The translations under genes and the position numbers were made by a program. Shown here in pieces: positions 13,265 through 25,801 of a stretch of 64,000 nt of DNA. Source of the stretch: Azolla caroliniana (Eukaryota; Plantae; Polypodiophyta); the NCBI GenBank assembly GCA_043228905.1, contig JBHGNT010000018.1, forward strand, positions 3,038,001-3,102,000, written 5' to 3'. Numbering within the stretch: the stretch's first letter is position 1; every line of letters starts with the position of its first letter. Below the pieces are notes generated by a model. That model was not told where the DNA came from, made no database searches, and was given only the letters and a program-made list of their open reading frames with translations.

Positions 13265-14471
13265 TCAACTTCCCTCCTCCCGAAGGAAAAGAGCAAGTTT
13301 CGATTTGAATTCAGCTGGAAATCTCACAGGCTTATAGTTCTTATCAAGACATACAACCGTCGCCTTTGCTTCCAAGATAACCTACCACCATACAAAGAAA
13401 TTTCATTGATTATGTTTTTGAGAATGCACTAAGTAACATGTGTTATTTATAGAGCTTGTGTAATGTAAGAAGAATTATAAATTCCTACTGGTCCTGTTGT
13501 GATTATCAATGCTCATATTGGATTACAATGCCGGTCAAAATGAAACTAAGCACATAAATGAAAGGAATTAGGTTACTGAATATGCTTGTTGAATATGCCT
13601 AATCACCTTATCAAAGATGTCGCCCAATAACTTATTTGTGCATGTAGTAAAGAGCAAAGGAACAAACAGCCATAAGCTTAATGGAAAAAGAATAAATGAC
13701 ATAATCATGGCATAATGATAGGCGTCTTACGAGTTCTGGATCATACTTTTAGTTTGCACAGTATGGTTGTGTTGTATAGAAAAGTAAAATATAAAATAAA
13801 ACCCAGAAAAAGTTCATGATGGAATGATGATTACGAGTTTTGGATCATATGTTTAGTTTGCACAATATGGTTGCGCAGTTGTATAGAAAAGCAAAATATA
13901 AAACAAAACCCAAAAAATGATCATTACAAGTTTTCGATCATACTTTTAGTTTTCGCACAATACGCTTGTGCTGCTGTATAGAAAAGCAAAATATAAATAA
14001 AACCCAAAAAAAGTTCATAAAGGAATGACCATTACAAGTTTTGGATCATACTTTCAGTTTTCGCACAATACGCTTGTGCTACTGTATAGAAAAGATACAT
14101 TTAAAATAAAACCCAAAAAAGTTCATAAAGGAATGACGAGCATAAAATAAATAAAGCAAAGAAGTTCATCATCAAGGAAAGGTGTGATTTCTGTGAGGGC
14201 AAGAAAAATGAAGGAAAAAGCAGAATAATCATAAAGACAAAGGAAGGTGTTTAAAGCAACATGAAATTGGCTTCCAAATTACGTAGGTGCTCATGTGAAT
14301 GAGAGAGAGAGAGAGAGAGAATGTGGGTGGGTGGGTGGGTGTGGGTGAGAGAGAGAGTGAGATTCTATTAACATTTTCACATAATATATTTGAAAGAGAG
14401 TAGCGTCTCTTGATGTTCAAGAACTTTAAATCAGCTTTGAAATTATCAAAAATAAATAAATAAATAAATAA

Positions 14472-14502
<31 letters not shown>

Positions 14503-14884
14503 TTTTATTATCATCCCTGGAGTGAATCTGCAGAGTCACTAAAAATATTTGGAATGGAAAAGAAACAATTCTCCAAAGATAATGGGAGACAAAGCTAGCT
14601 GAATTAAATAAGCTTTGAAATTGCACATCCTTAGTACATGCAGCCCATATTCCCATTATCAATACTTCAAACCTACTCAATGTTGTATCAAGCCCGTTAG
14701 TGTATGTTTAGAAAAGTAGCATTAGAATTTGTGAGGTTTGAATCCCAAATTGATTCCTATTATATAAATATACTTAAAAAGCTAATTGATGCTAGATCAA
14801 ACCAGTATTTCTTCATTCAGAAAAGTGGAAAGAGAATGTTATGACTGAGGCCCCAAAAATATTATATGAACATGTTATATATAT

Positions 14885-14929
<45 letters not shown>

Positions 14930-17829
14930 TAGGTAAAACATGTGAAATGTTTCTAAAGGTTGCATATCTCACCTCTCGGTTCGGAAGTTTGTAAATGATA
15001 TGTTCGAAAAACAATCGTACTGCTGAGCTTCCAGTAATTCTTACAGCAACTACGAACCGATCACCACTCTGGCTGTATCTCATGTCAAAAGACACAATTT
15101 CATCATTTCATTACCCCTCAGTTTGACTTTTAATTCAAACTCAAACAACCACACTTGATGTAGAAATTACAAAAGCAAATAAACAATGAAAAATATTTGA
15201 ATGATGGGAAAGGTCCAAAATACCCATGTTTTTCCAGAAATTTTCCAAGTGTCCATGGTCAGTCCTCATAAGAGAGAACAAAGAGAATAATGCATTGAAC
15301 ATGTAATTGCTCAAAGGAATAGACAATTGGTAGAGAGGGAGTTGACAGGGGTATTTGGGTGAAAAGGAAAATTCAATGGTATTTTCGTTTTCAAATATTT
15401 TGCATAAGAACATACTCTTAAAGGTGCACGGTACTTGAGTGTCATCTCTGACAATGCAAGTGCATTTCCTAAGCGAGCTATTCCATCTGGACTTATCCCG
15501 ATCGATTCACATAATTCGTGGCGAGCTGCATTGGCATTGCATCATACAATCAGCTTATATATATATATATATATATACCTTCTTAACGCCAAGACAAAAA
15601 GAACCGAGTTTATGAATATAAAAAAATAAAGAGAAACTGGAAAAATAAGGATTAAAAATTAAAGAAACAAAATCATTGAGCAAAGAAGATGAATGCTATG
15701 AAGAAGAGAAAGTTAATACAGGGAAAAAATACAAAATACCTTGTATTTTTTTTATTTCCCTTAAGTGGTCAATTCGTCCCCCCGGTTCTCCCTTTTGGGG
15801 GCCAACCAGGGATGTTTGAAGAAATAAAGAAATTTCCAAGGGTTTCCCTTTATTAATAATGATATTAAAGGACATGGAACAAACAAAAACACATAAACAA
15901 CAGAAGAACTATGAGTTCATTCATACATGTTGAAGATAGAAAATCCTAATTTAAGAATCTCGTTACTCTTTCATGTATGCCTGAAAATAGCTAAAAGACA
16001 ATTACATCAGTTTAGCATGTCGAAGAATTAAGCACACAACCATCCCGACATTTATTAATTAGCTAGAATCTAATTATAATCAAACAGAAATGGTTAGAAC
16101 CTATATCAAACACACATTTATTAGGAAGAATCTGCTTAAAAACAAACATGCATGGCTAGAGTAAGTTACATCAAAGCAACAATCGTTAGCAAGAATTCTA
16201 AGTACAATCAAACACATGTGATCATGGTTACAACACATTAGTTAGGTAGAATCTACTTAAATTCAAACATAAATGGCTAGAGTCCACTTACAAGTTATAT
16301 CAAAGAAACATATGTTAGCTAGAATCTAATTACAATCAAACACATGTGATCATGGTTACCATTCTTTTATTATGCATTGTCTGAAACATAAGAACATAAT
16401 TCGCATCAGTCTGAATGAGCAATACGTCAACTTTATCCACTGGAATACTATGAGAACTCATTAAAAGCACTATAAATGGACAATACATTTCACTCTTGTT
16501 AAACAAACAATCATATATGCATTTGCGCTGTACACGGAAAATCTCCAAGGCATCAATTGACCACATAACTCTAAAATTGAGACAAAACATTTACCGTGTT
16601 GGCAATAGCTTGCATATGTGGCATTATTCACTACTCCATATTGATCAAGTTCATAGTCCCGAACTTTAAACTCCACTTCAAATGCATGTGGCATGCTGAG
16701 GAAAGATGTACAGAAGAACCACAGAGCTTATTAGCATCATACATTGAAACATAAAACATGTGATGCTAACCATAGTCATGCAATTAAAAGCTTAGCAAAA
16801 AAATTAGTCTAGATTTGGAAAGGTCATCAATCATCAATCTGTTGAAAACAACCATTCAGTTATGTAATCATACATATTAATCTAAACTTATCATTTAAAA
16901 CACTCACGGAAAACATATGATTCTAGTCATACTTATGTAATCAGTAAATTACAGAAGGATTGGTGTGGATATGGGAAGGCCTGAGCCTATCATTCTGCAA
17001 AGACGAGCATTTGCTCATGAAGTAGTAACACATAAAAAATTAGACGGTATTTATTATCTTCATAAATTGACCATTGATATAAGCTTAGATCGTCACAAAC
17101 CAATCTTCATAAATTCAATCTACAAATTGTCTTCATTAATTCACAAACTCACAAATAATTAATTATCTTCAACTTTTCATAAACAAACTGCTCCTTAGAC
17201 CTGCGATTCACAATGTTCCATCTAAAAGATTGAGAACATGCAAATAAGCTTCATAGAATTCATGTTTTACCTTCTATCACCAAACAAGTTCATGCAAAGA
17301 ATTGGAGAAGAAGAAGAAGAAGAAGCGTGAAACCGATACTTTCTGAAAAAGATTGAGAAAATAAGAATTTGTTTTGGCTTATGTAGTCATAAACGTCACC
17401 AGTGATGTAGCATTAAGAAACTATGATTGGAGAAGTTTAAGCTACTACCATGAACGAAAAAAAAAATTTGGTGAAATGTCACAGTTAGTGAACATGTTTT
17501 CAGTTCATCTATCCAAAAATATGCACAAAATACTTCATGAAATCTCCCATTTTTTTTCTTCATTGTTCTTTTATTTTACATACACTATTGAAATCGACCA
17601 TTGGTTTTCACCTTCTGTCAGCAGACAAATCCACGCGATGATGAATAGGAGAAAATGTGGCAGAAGAACGGATCAGATCTTTGCGGAGAGGAGGAGGAGG
17701 ATGCGACCAAGGCTGAGAAACAGACGACGAGCAGGGCATTATGAAAGAAGTGGAACGCGAAGGAGGAGGAAAGGAGTGGGTAAAGCCGCCATACGAGAAG
17801 AGCTTCGATGTTGCAGCAGCCATGGCCAT
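13265..17829 (-). CDS. ALT: Acyl-lipid / acyl-ACP thioesterase (ALT/ATL, single hot-dog fold) with plastid transit peptide, 5 exons, ~213 aa
   Basis: Exons 17829-17612, 16695-16595, 15525-15416, 15068-14973 and 13381-13265; all GT-AG and phase-consistent. Motifs [74 protein letters not shown]. Ser/Pro-rich N-terminus. Confidence 0.93.
13725..14135. repeat. ~105-bp tandem repeat, 4 copies, in ALT intron 4
   Basis: Recurrent ttac.agtt.tggatcata..tt.agttt..gcaca.ta.g.ttg...tgtatagaaaag..aaatataaa.taaaaccca. Confidence 0.85.
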
Positions 17830-17855
17830 GGCAGAGAGCAGAAGAATGAACGAAT

Positions 17856-17887
<32 letters not shown>

Positions 17888-17896
17888 ATGGAGAAC

Positions 17897-18267
17897 AGAG
17901 TTCGTATATACAGCGTATATACAAACATACAAAAAAACGTATACGTATACGTATAAGGTGAGAGCTGTACATTATATATCTATATATACATATGAACCAT
18001 ACGTGCATTCGCATTCGCAAGAAACAATAGAATTGAAGAACATGCATTCGCGAATGTTTTCAAAAAATTCGAGTATGGTAAACACCCTCGAAGAATGGTA
18101 AATACCATACTTTTGGATTAACTATTTATTATGAGGTAAATCAACCTAAAAAAAAAGGAGAAAAAAGAAAGAAAAAAACACAAGAATGGTTGAATAACAT
18201 TCGCATTCGTTTTCCAATGTAAGAAAACAAATGTTATGTTGTACGAACACGAAATTTACGTACTATG
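17897..18267 (-). mobile_element. CATAGTA-ended MITE family, copy 1 (with ~95-bp extension), directly upstream of ALT
   Basis: Homologous to 20217-20546 and, in reverse complement, to 37869-38114 and 42424-42623. Terminus ttacgtactatg. Confidence 0.75.
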
Positions 18268-18741
18268 AATATAACTTAAGTTAACTTGAGTTCTAGTAAA
18301 AACACATGTTCTATAAGGAAATGGCTTTGTACTAGGCCTAGTTTCATTTCCATCCAAGTCTCTCGAAAAGAAGCGAGAGGTCAAAGGGTTTCAATGTGGG
18401 GGTGGCTCGTGGTCCCAATGTAAAAGATACCGCAACCATAGGTGCTAAGCGGCGTAGCTCATGTTCCTTTACCTTCTTAATCGTTTCTACTCCACATCGA
18501 GGAACTTTGAAGCCCGACATCCGAAGTCATTTGGTTGTTCTTTGCATTTCTGCTTCATTAAGAGAGAGGCTGAGTGGTGTACGTGTGTCCACATTCATCG
18601 TCTCCCCTTGTTCTTGAAAAATTATATTAGTTACATGTTGGTGAATATTAAAATGATTATGGTTAACATTTTGTAGTTTTTCCTCCCGATGTTGTTTTAG
18701 CTCTAAGATATACCTACCTAGTCTCTTTATATTCGGGGTAT

Positions 18742-20216
18742 CTAATAGTTTGGAGAGGGTCTTAGTATGTCTTGGTATTTTGCCCTTATCTCGTCATAAG
18801 TTGGACACTTGCATGTAAAGTGATATTCATCCTCTATCTCTATGTGACATGACCTACATAGCCTTTCCTCTCTAGGGACTCCATTAGTACGACCATTCTC
18901 AATCTCAAGTTTGTGAGATGATATCCTAAGTTGTCCAATGGCCACCCTTAGTGCATTTGATAAGAATGTATCTAGATATTTTGGTCGTGTAATAAAACCT
19001 AACTTAGAGAAGTGCAAGAAGTGTTCCTTATAGTACAACATTTTAGATGGGGGTGGCTCTCGTGGGGCGATCCATTTAAATCGGGTGTAAATTTGCCATA
19101 TTTCTTTGCGTATTACTTTATTACGGCCCTCATGAGAGATTAAAGTTTGGTTAGTCCCATGGTTATACTTAAGGGGAGGTAGGTTGTTAATGTTTATACC
19201 ATTTGCAAGTAACCAACTCACTACAATGCTATACCAAGACCTAGTGTCTCCGAATGCATATAAGGATCGGGATGCCTCAAAAGCTTGACGGGATATCATA
19301 TCTTTGTGGTTGGCTATGTATCTTATGAATAAAGACTACCAATCGGAAGAGTGCTTATACTAACATTGGGGGAAAACTAAACTCTACTCTAATAATGTCA
19401 TGTGGTACTGTCGATTTGCTTCGGAGTTGACGTGATAACATCATCACCAAAAGTCTCTCCAATTGCGTCCACATCAAAGATGGTAGACCTAGAGCCCATA
19501 CTACTTATGTATACATGAGTGAAGGGGTCACTAATGAGTCGAAGAGCCATCCCTTAGTTCGTGGCTCTTGAAAGTATGCCTGGTGGCATTGTCTCTCTAA
19601 GAGTGAGAGGCATGCATACCCTCTCGTTAGCATATCTTTGGCTGCCTGGGTCATCGAGAATTTACCTAAACGAGCACTAAAAGTGACTCCCAGATATATA
19701 TATGATCCAACTACCTCAATTGGGTTATGAGAGAGGATTAGGTGACATTTTCTCCTCACTCGAGACAATGTATGAAAGATAAGGACTTCCGTTTTCGTTA
19801 GATTCACTACCAGTCCTCGTTGTGTGCAAAAGTCATCTAGGGCATTAAGATGCTTTTGTAGGTTGTGTTCAGACTCTGAGAGCAAGACAATGTCGTATGC
19901 ATAGAGTAAGAGACTAACTTGCGTATCCCCAATTGCTACTCCATTGCCTCCCTTCCTAGTAATAAAATCAATGATCTCATCAATGTAGATCCCAAAAAGA
20001 GTCAGTGATATGGGACAACCCTGTTTTACACCAATGGTGCTAGTGAAGCAATCAGATAGGCCACCTAGGCATCTTACGCACCCAGAGACTTGATCATATA
20101 GAGGATAGATGACCCAAATCATGTCATTTGGTATCCCCAAGCTTTTAAGCCTGTCAAACAACCATTGCCTAGGAATTGTGTCAAAGGCTTTGCGGAAGTT
20201 CACAAAGCAACAATAT
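18742..20216 (-). mobile_element. 5'-truncated, disrupted non-LTR retrotransposon, RTEX-like (RT plus C-terminal Cys/His domain)
   Basis: RT motifs CFVNFRKAFD, GVKQGCPIS.TLFGIYID, LLYAYDIVL (YADD degenerate), YIYLGVTF. C-terminal LRISSHKLEIENGR..R.ERLC..C..EIEDEYHF..CP.Y..IR. Stops and frameshifts between the two ORFs. Confidence 0.88.
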
Positions 20217-20546
20217 AGAGTTTGTATATACAACGTATGTACAAACATACAAAACGTGTATGTGTACTTATACGTATACGTATAAGGCGAGAGTTGTACA
20301 TACATATATATATACATTGTATGAACCATATGTGCATTCACATTCGCGGATGTTCTCGATGTATGGTAAATACCATACTTTTGTATTAATTATTTATTAT
20401 AAGGTAAAGTTTTTTTTTAAGGTAAGAAAGTTGAGGTAAAAAGTGTAAAAAAAAAAACATAAGAATGTTTTGATAACATACGGATTTGTGTGCATTCGTA
20501 TGAAAACGAATGTTTGCCAATGGATTCGAGTATATTACGTACTATG
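20217..20546 (-). mobile_element. CATAGTA-ended MITE family, copy 2, abutting the truncated RT 5' end
   Basis: Direct repeat of 17897-18267; ends cattgtatgaacc (20315) and ttacgtactatg (20546). Confidence 0.75.
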
Positions 20547-21574
20547 ATACATACGGTTTGGTGTGTATTTTTCATTATTTCCCAAAAATACCCTCCTCTA
20601 CCCAACGCCCAACACACGCACACACACACTTGGCCACCGGGATGAGTTTTCTAATTATTTTTGTTTGTGGAATGGCCCTCAACTTCTTCTTTGTTTCACA
20701 TCTGTGAACAAATCGAGCGCCCGCCTCTTTGATAACCGTTGGCATGCCCATCCGGAATCCCGATCCTATCCCTGCTCACTCGGCTTGAGGGAAAACAGAA
20801 TGAAATAAAGACCAAATACCCATTATAAAGTGTATGTATCCGCTTTATAAATTGTATGTATGTGTATTCATCTACACATATCATATACAAAGTGTGACTT
20901 TCCATGGTTATTGCATAAAGTACTCATTGGACAAGTGTGAGAATACCATAATATATATCACAAGATTCTCGTGGTGGGAGTGGAAGTGGAAGTTTCTAAG
21001 GAGCTCTTCAAAGCACACATATATATAGTGGTAGATTGGCAAGAGCTTGCCTTGCTCATATTGTTGTTGGTTGGAACCAAAAGATGTATCCAAGGGATGA
21101 AAGTGGGATAAATCACGTTTTTCCACCACCAAAGTTGCCGGCGATGAGTGAAATCTGGAAGCTGACAAACAAAATAGGTGACGAAAAGGCTTTTTCTTGG
21201 TGTCCCATTCAAATACTTGGGGAATCAATCCTTGTGGACGAAGTAAAAGCCGATAAAAGAAGAAAGAAAACTTGAATGAGCGGTCTGGTCATTCTTAGGG
21301 CATTCTCCGGGACCCAAAAGTTTGGTTGGAGAGCCAAGGGTTTTTTTTGAGTAGGTGGGCGGGCAGTCTGGTGAGTCTCATGGCAATCAAATCTGGCGGA
21401 CACAAAATGGACAACCAAATGATCAGATGAATGAATGTAGATGGCGTGAGAGTGAGGGATATTCATTCGTTCCAATCAAGCTGCTCCAATGTGTATATCT
21501 GTATTCTACTCTCTCGACGAGCCAGGGGGCATTGGTGGACAAATTAATGGGAATGGGCTCTCCTCAGTAACAAT

Positions 21575-21989
21575 CAGCAACAGTTCGGTTTGAGAATGTC
21601 AAAACCAAACTGTTAAAATTATTTGAAACCTGAACCACGAAACCATTAAACCATTAAAACTGCGGTTTCGGTTTTCAACTTAGGTCAAAACTTAAAATTT
21701 AAAATTTCAAAATTTTAAAGATTTTCCTAAAATACGAGAATAAGGCTTGAAAGTGAAAAGATTGTTTAAAAATAAAATTTAAATTTTTCTTAAAAATAAA
21801 AATAAAACGCTAAACCATTTAAACTGCGGTTTCTAACTGTTGAAACCGAACCGAACCGAACCATTAAAAAAAACCTGAACCTGAACCGAACCATTAAGAA
21901 AACTTGAACCTGAACCTGAACCATTTAAACTGTTAAGCCGCGGTTTCGAGGTTGAGTTCAGTTCAGTTCAAACCGAACCGTGCCTACTG
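21575..21989. mobile_element. MITE-like element with GAACC/AACCG subterminal repeats
   Basis: Inverted termini cagttcggtttga (~21581) and tcaaaccgaaccg (~21968). Internal (ctgaac)n/(ccgaa)n arrays with an AT-rich core. Confidence 0.6.
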
Positions 21990-22154
21990 CTACTTCTGAG
22001 GGGCATTTCCTTTCAATGAATCAAAACCCACCTCTTCCCTTCCCTTCCCCCTTTGCTTGCTACAACAGACAGAGCACCCCCCCCATCCATCATGGATTTC
22101 ATTGCTTTTGGAAGAAGTGCAGAGTGATGAGTTGTGGTTGTTGCCTCCTCAATC

Positions 22155-22520
22155 CTGATGATGATGATGATGATGATGATTCATGATGCTCATGGTGTCT
22201 TCTCCACCCACCCACACAAGAAGGAAAACTATGGAAGAAGCAACTTCTTCCTCTGTTCATCAACAAACAAGAAGAAAGAATTCAGGAAGACTAATGAAGA
22301 AGCAATGGGTTTGTTCATCAACAAACAAGAAGAAAGAAGAAGAAGATCATGGTGGTGGTGGTGGTGATGATGATATCTTCTCCTCTCTCTCTCTCTCTCT
22401 CTCTCACGCACACACACACACACACACACACAAAAGAAGGAAAGCTATGGAAGAAGAAACATCCTCTCTTCATCGACAAACAAGAAGAAAGAAGAAGGAA
22501 GAAGAAAAAGAAGAAGCAAT
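22155..22520. repeat. Compound microsatellite / low-complexity block ((GAT)n, (GGT)n, (CT)n, (CA)n, (GAA)n) with an internal ~65-bp duplication
   Basis: SSR runs are directly visible; aagaagga.aa.ctatggaagaag..ac.tc.tct.ttcatc.acaaacaagaagaaagaa at ~22218 and ~22434. Confidence 0.8.
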
Positions 22521-23331
22521 TGGTAGGCCCATCCTTACAATCGCTTTTGTTTCCCTTCTAAGCTAACCCCTTCCTAAATCCTTATTTAAATTCAGCCGTT
22601 TGCTTTTCGACTTGTTTCTTTTAACTTTTCGACTTATTTTTCGGCCTCATAAGTGTAAGGATCTCTCTCCAAGAGTTCAATTAGTTTTTCTGTTTTACTC
22701 TGATTTTCGCATTGGGGTTGTCTTTGTAATGAAAGAATTCATACTTTTCATAGTCAAGAACCAGAAAGTTTCAGCTATTATTTCTGTGTACTGAGACTTA
22801 CTGTTTGCCGGTTTATGTATGATTGATCTCCTTTTAAGTTGCTATACTTTTTATGTTGATTTCTTCCAATTCATCTCTAAATGACACTTTTTTTTTATAT
22901 TTATTCCTGTGTTGTCCCTGATGTCAAACCATTGTAAGTGAATTTTAACTTTATTCGACGTGTTGTTTTAAGGTTAGAATACCTTGGCTAGAAATAACTT
23001 GAATCATAGGTTTAGATTGTGATTTTAGGGTTGGAATAGCTTGGTTTGAAATTAATTGCATACTTGGCTCAATGTTAAACCATTTTTATGTTTTCCTTGC
23101 TTGCTATGTGGGTTATTATAGATGAAATGTTGTATTCACTTTTTCCAATGTCGTTTTTTAAGGTTTATACATAAATTGAGGTTTTGAACACATTGGCTAG
23201 AAATGCTTGAAATTATACGTTATATGTGGAATTAGACTGTTTTCCTCGATTTTACAAGCCAAACATTGTGAGACTTTGTTTTAACATTTCACGTTATGTT
23301 GCTTCCTATTGTGTAGGCAAATAGCGATTGA

Positions 23332-25801
23332 ATGGACCAATCCCTAGCACAAGATCATAAAATGGAAGAGATATCAGACCCTAATTCACGAGTTGTGAAT
23401 TATTTCGACAAGGTTGACACGAAGGCAAATAGACCATTGCCTCAAAAACATAACTCAGGTAAAGAAAGACTCGAGATATTTGTTTTTAGCTTAGTAGATT
23501 ATATTGTGGATTAAGTAGTTAGCATTTTCTCTAATTGGCTTAATACTTATCGATCCATCGAAATGTTTCAGGAAGTTGAGTCTTAATCTATTTTGTTCGA
23601 AAGAAATAGTGTGTAAAGGCCTAAAACAATGAAAACAGATGTTATTTTCACATAGTAATCTTTCACTAACCAATCTCTCTTATGAAGGCCGCATGATGTT
23701 AATATTCACTGCAATGTTTGCAGAAAAGATTTTCATCGCAATGTTAATTTCTTTTTTTTATCCTACAGAAGTAGATGCAATTTGGGAGCTTACTTCTATC
23801 GACACACCAAGGTCTCAACTAAATGATAATGGTTAGTTAGTCTATGTAAACTATAAACTTGTACATATCATATGAATGAATAATCAAGTATCTTAAATTA
23901 TGTTCTCCTGGCTGCATACTTGATGTTGAAGCTTGTTCACACGTGATTTGCAAATACATTAAGTTATCAATCATGTATGCTTCATTCATACTTTTACGTA
24001 TCGATAACGTATGCTTCATTCATACTTTTATGTATTGATCATGTATAGGTTATACATGCATTTGCATATCAATAATGTCTAGTTTATACACACATTTACT
24101 CATTGATCTTGGTTCGTTTATTCATATATTTTACTTATTGATCATGCATGGTTTATGATACATTTTTTATTTGTAGATGGATCATTGTTTACATCACTAA
24201 TGTGTGTGGGTATAAACTCTGACAAAGCAGTATACCAAATGATAGATTCATATAGAATCTACTTATGATTGTCATTCATACACACGTAGAAATGTCTGCA
24301 TGTGCTATGCTACTAATAAATTTGTACCAATACTGTTCATACTTAAATTAAATAGATGGATAAACATAGAAGTAAATAAATAAATAAACCTGAATTTGGT
24401 TATCTCTCCCTATATGTCAGGAACTCTCCAGAAAACAAGGTTTTTCACTATTCCTGAAGGGAATGGATCCTTGAACAAAGGTCTCTTTACAGTCTCTTTG
24501 TTATATATTGAGCGAAAACAAATGGAAAATCTTGTTTTCTTTTCCAAGCTCAACCTTAGAAGTTCAAACATTACTTTTAAATATTAAAAAGGAAGCTGAC
24601 TTTGTTTATCATTACTTGGGTAGATTTAAATTTGGCAAAATTGAACAAAGAGAAGATTCTCTCTCTAATCAAAGCATGGGAAGACAATATGAAAAGGCAA
24701 TCCCAAAATAGGTAATTTATTTTTGTCTTTTGATCAAATAATTTTCCTTTTCTTAACATCCTCACACTTTCCTTATGAATGATGAAGTCTTAATATTTTA
24801 TCGGGAAAAAAATGCACATCTATACAGTAGCCCCAAGTGAAAACAAAATCGTCAGTTTACTCCTTTGTAGTATGAAATTTTAGACAAACTGCAAAAGGTA
24901 TATTCTATTAAATATATGGAAAAAGGTAAGGGTATTTTGGTTTTTTAATTAACCAATGTTAAATTCTTGTGAATACCGATCGATATATAAATGAACTGTT
25001 AGAAAAAAAGTTTACGTTGGATGTGATTCAGAAGCATATAATTGTGAAATTGTTGTAGGAGAAGTTCACAACTTACCATTTTCTATTTTTTACTCTTAGT
25101 TATAACAAGAAAATAGCTAACATCAATGCTTGGGAAGTGGCTGAAAAAGCAAGGGCTGAAGCAAGATTGAGAAGCATAGAGGTGAATTTTCTATAAAGTG
25201 CAGCAGATATTATTATAATTATTAGCTTTGCCCTTTTAAAAGGAAATCCTATAGTTTTCAATTCATCTCAGATTGCAAGAAATTGATTTGTAAAATCACA
25301 AAAAATTCATGAGAAAAGTGTTATTTAATGGTTAGTGTCATGATCCCAGCAGAAAAAAATAAATATGATTGCCTTTGTAACGATTAGAACCCATTGGTAT
25401 AGACTTGAACCAAAAACTTGAAGGTTTTAAAACCATAAGCTTTCCATTACACCATGGAAATTGCACTTGAAATTGTTGTTCCCAATGGGTACATCAATGC
25501 AATGCTTTCACGTAGACCCTTAGCATGTTATGACATCTTGTTCATGTTACCTATTAACTTATATATACATATTATAGCACTTGGTTATATGATTGACTAC
25601 CAGGAAAAATTGGAAAAAGAAAAGGCTGCATGTGTCGAAAGGGCGAAGAACAAGGTCGCACAAGTGCACCGTGTGGCAGAGGAACAAAGGGCCCTTGTTG
25701 AAGCAAATCATGGAAAAGAGGTAGTGAAGGCTGAGGAGATAGCTGCCAAGTGTCGAGCATTCGGAGGTCGACCTGCTAGAAGATTCTCATTCTTCTCTTG
25801 A
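23332..25801 (+). CDS. Remorin (group-1-like, Remorin_C coiled coil), 5 coding exons, ~184 aa
   Basis: Exons 23332-23458, 24421-24480, 24624-24711, 25100-25181 and 25604-25801; GT-AG and phase-consistent. Motifs GSLNKDLNLAKL..EK.LSLIKAWE, K.A.I.AWE..EKA.AEA.L...EEKLEKEKA..VE..KNKVA.VH..AEE.RA.VEA..G.EV.KAEE.AAK.RA.G. Start codon choice is less certain. Confidence 0.88.

Noticed and set aside
17897-18268. Helitron interpretation of the CATAGTA repeat family
   Set aside because: The 5' TC/A-flank is not consistent across copies and no CTRR end with hairpin was found. A short TIR fits better.
22134-22566. Overlapping ORFs with poly-M/H/D/W as remorin N-terminal exons
   Set aside because: Translations of microsatellites; the remorin CDS is complete from 23332.
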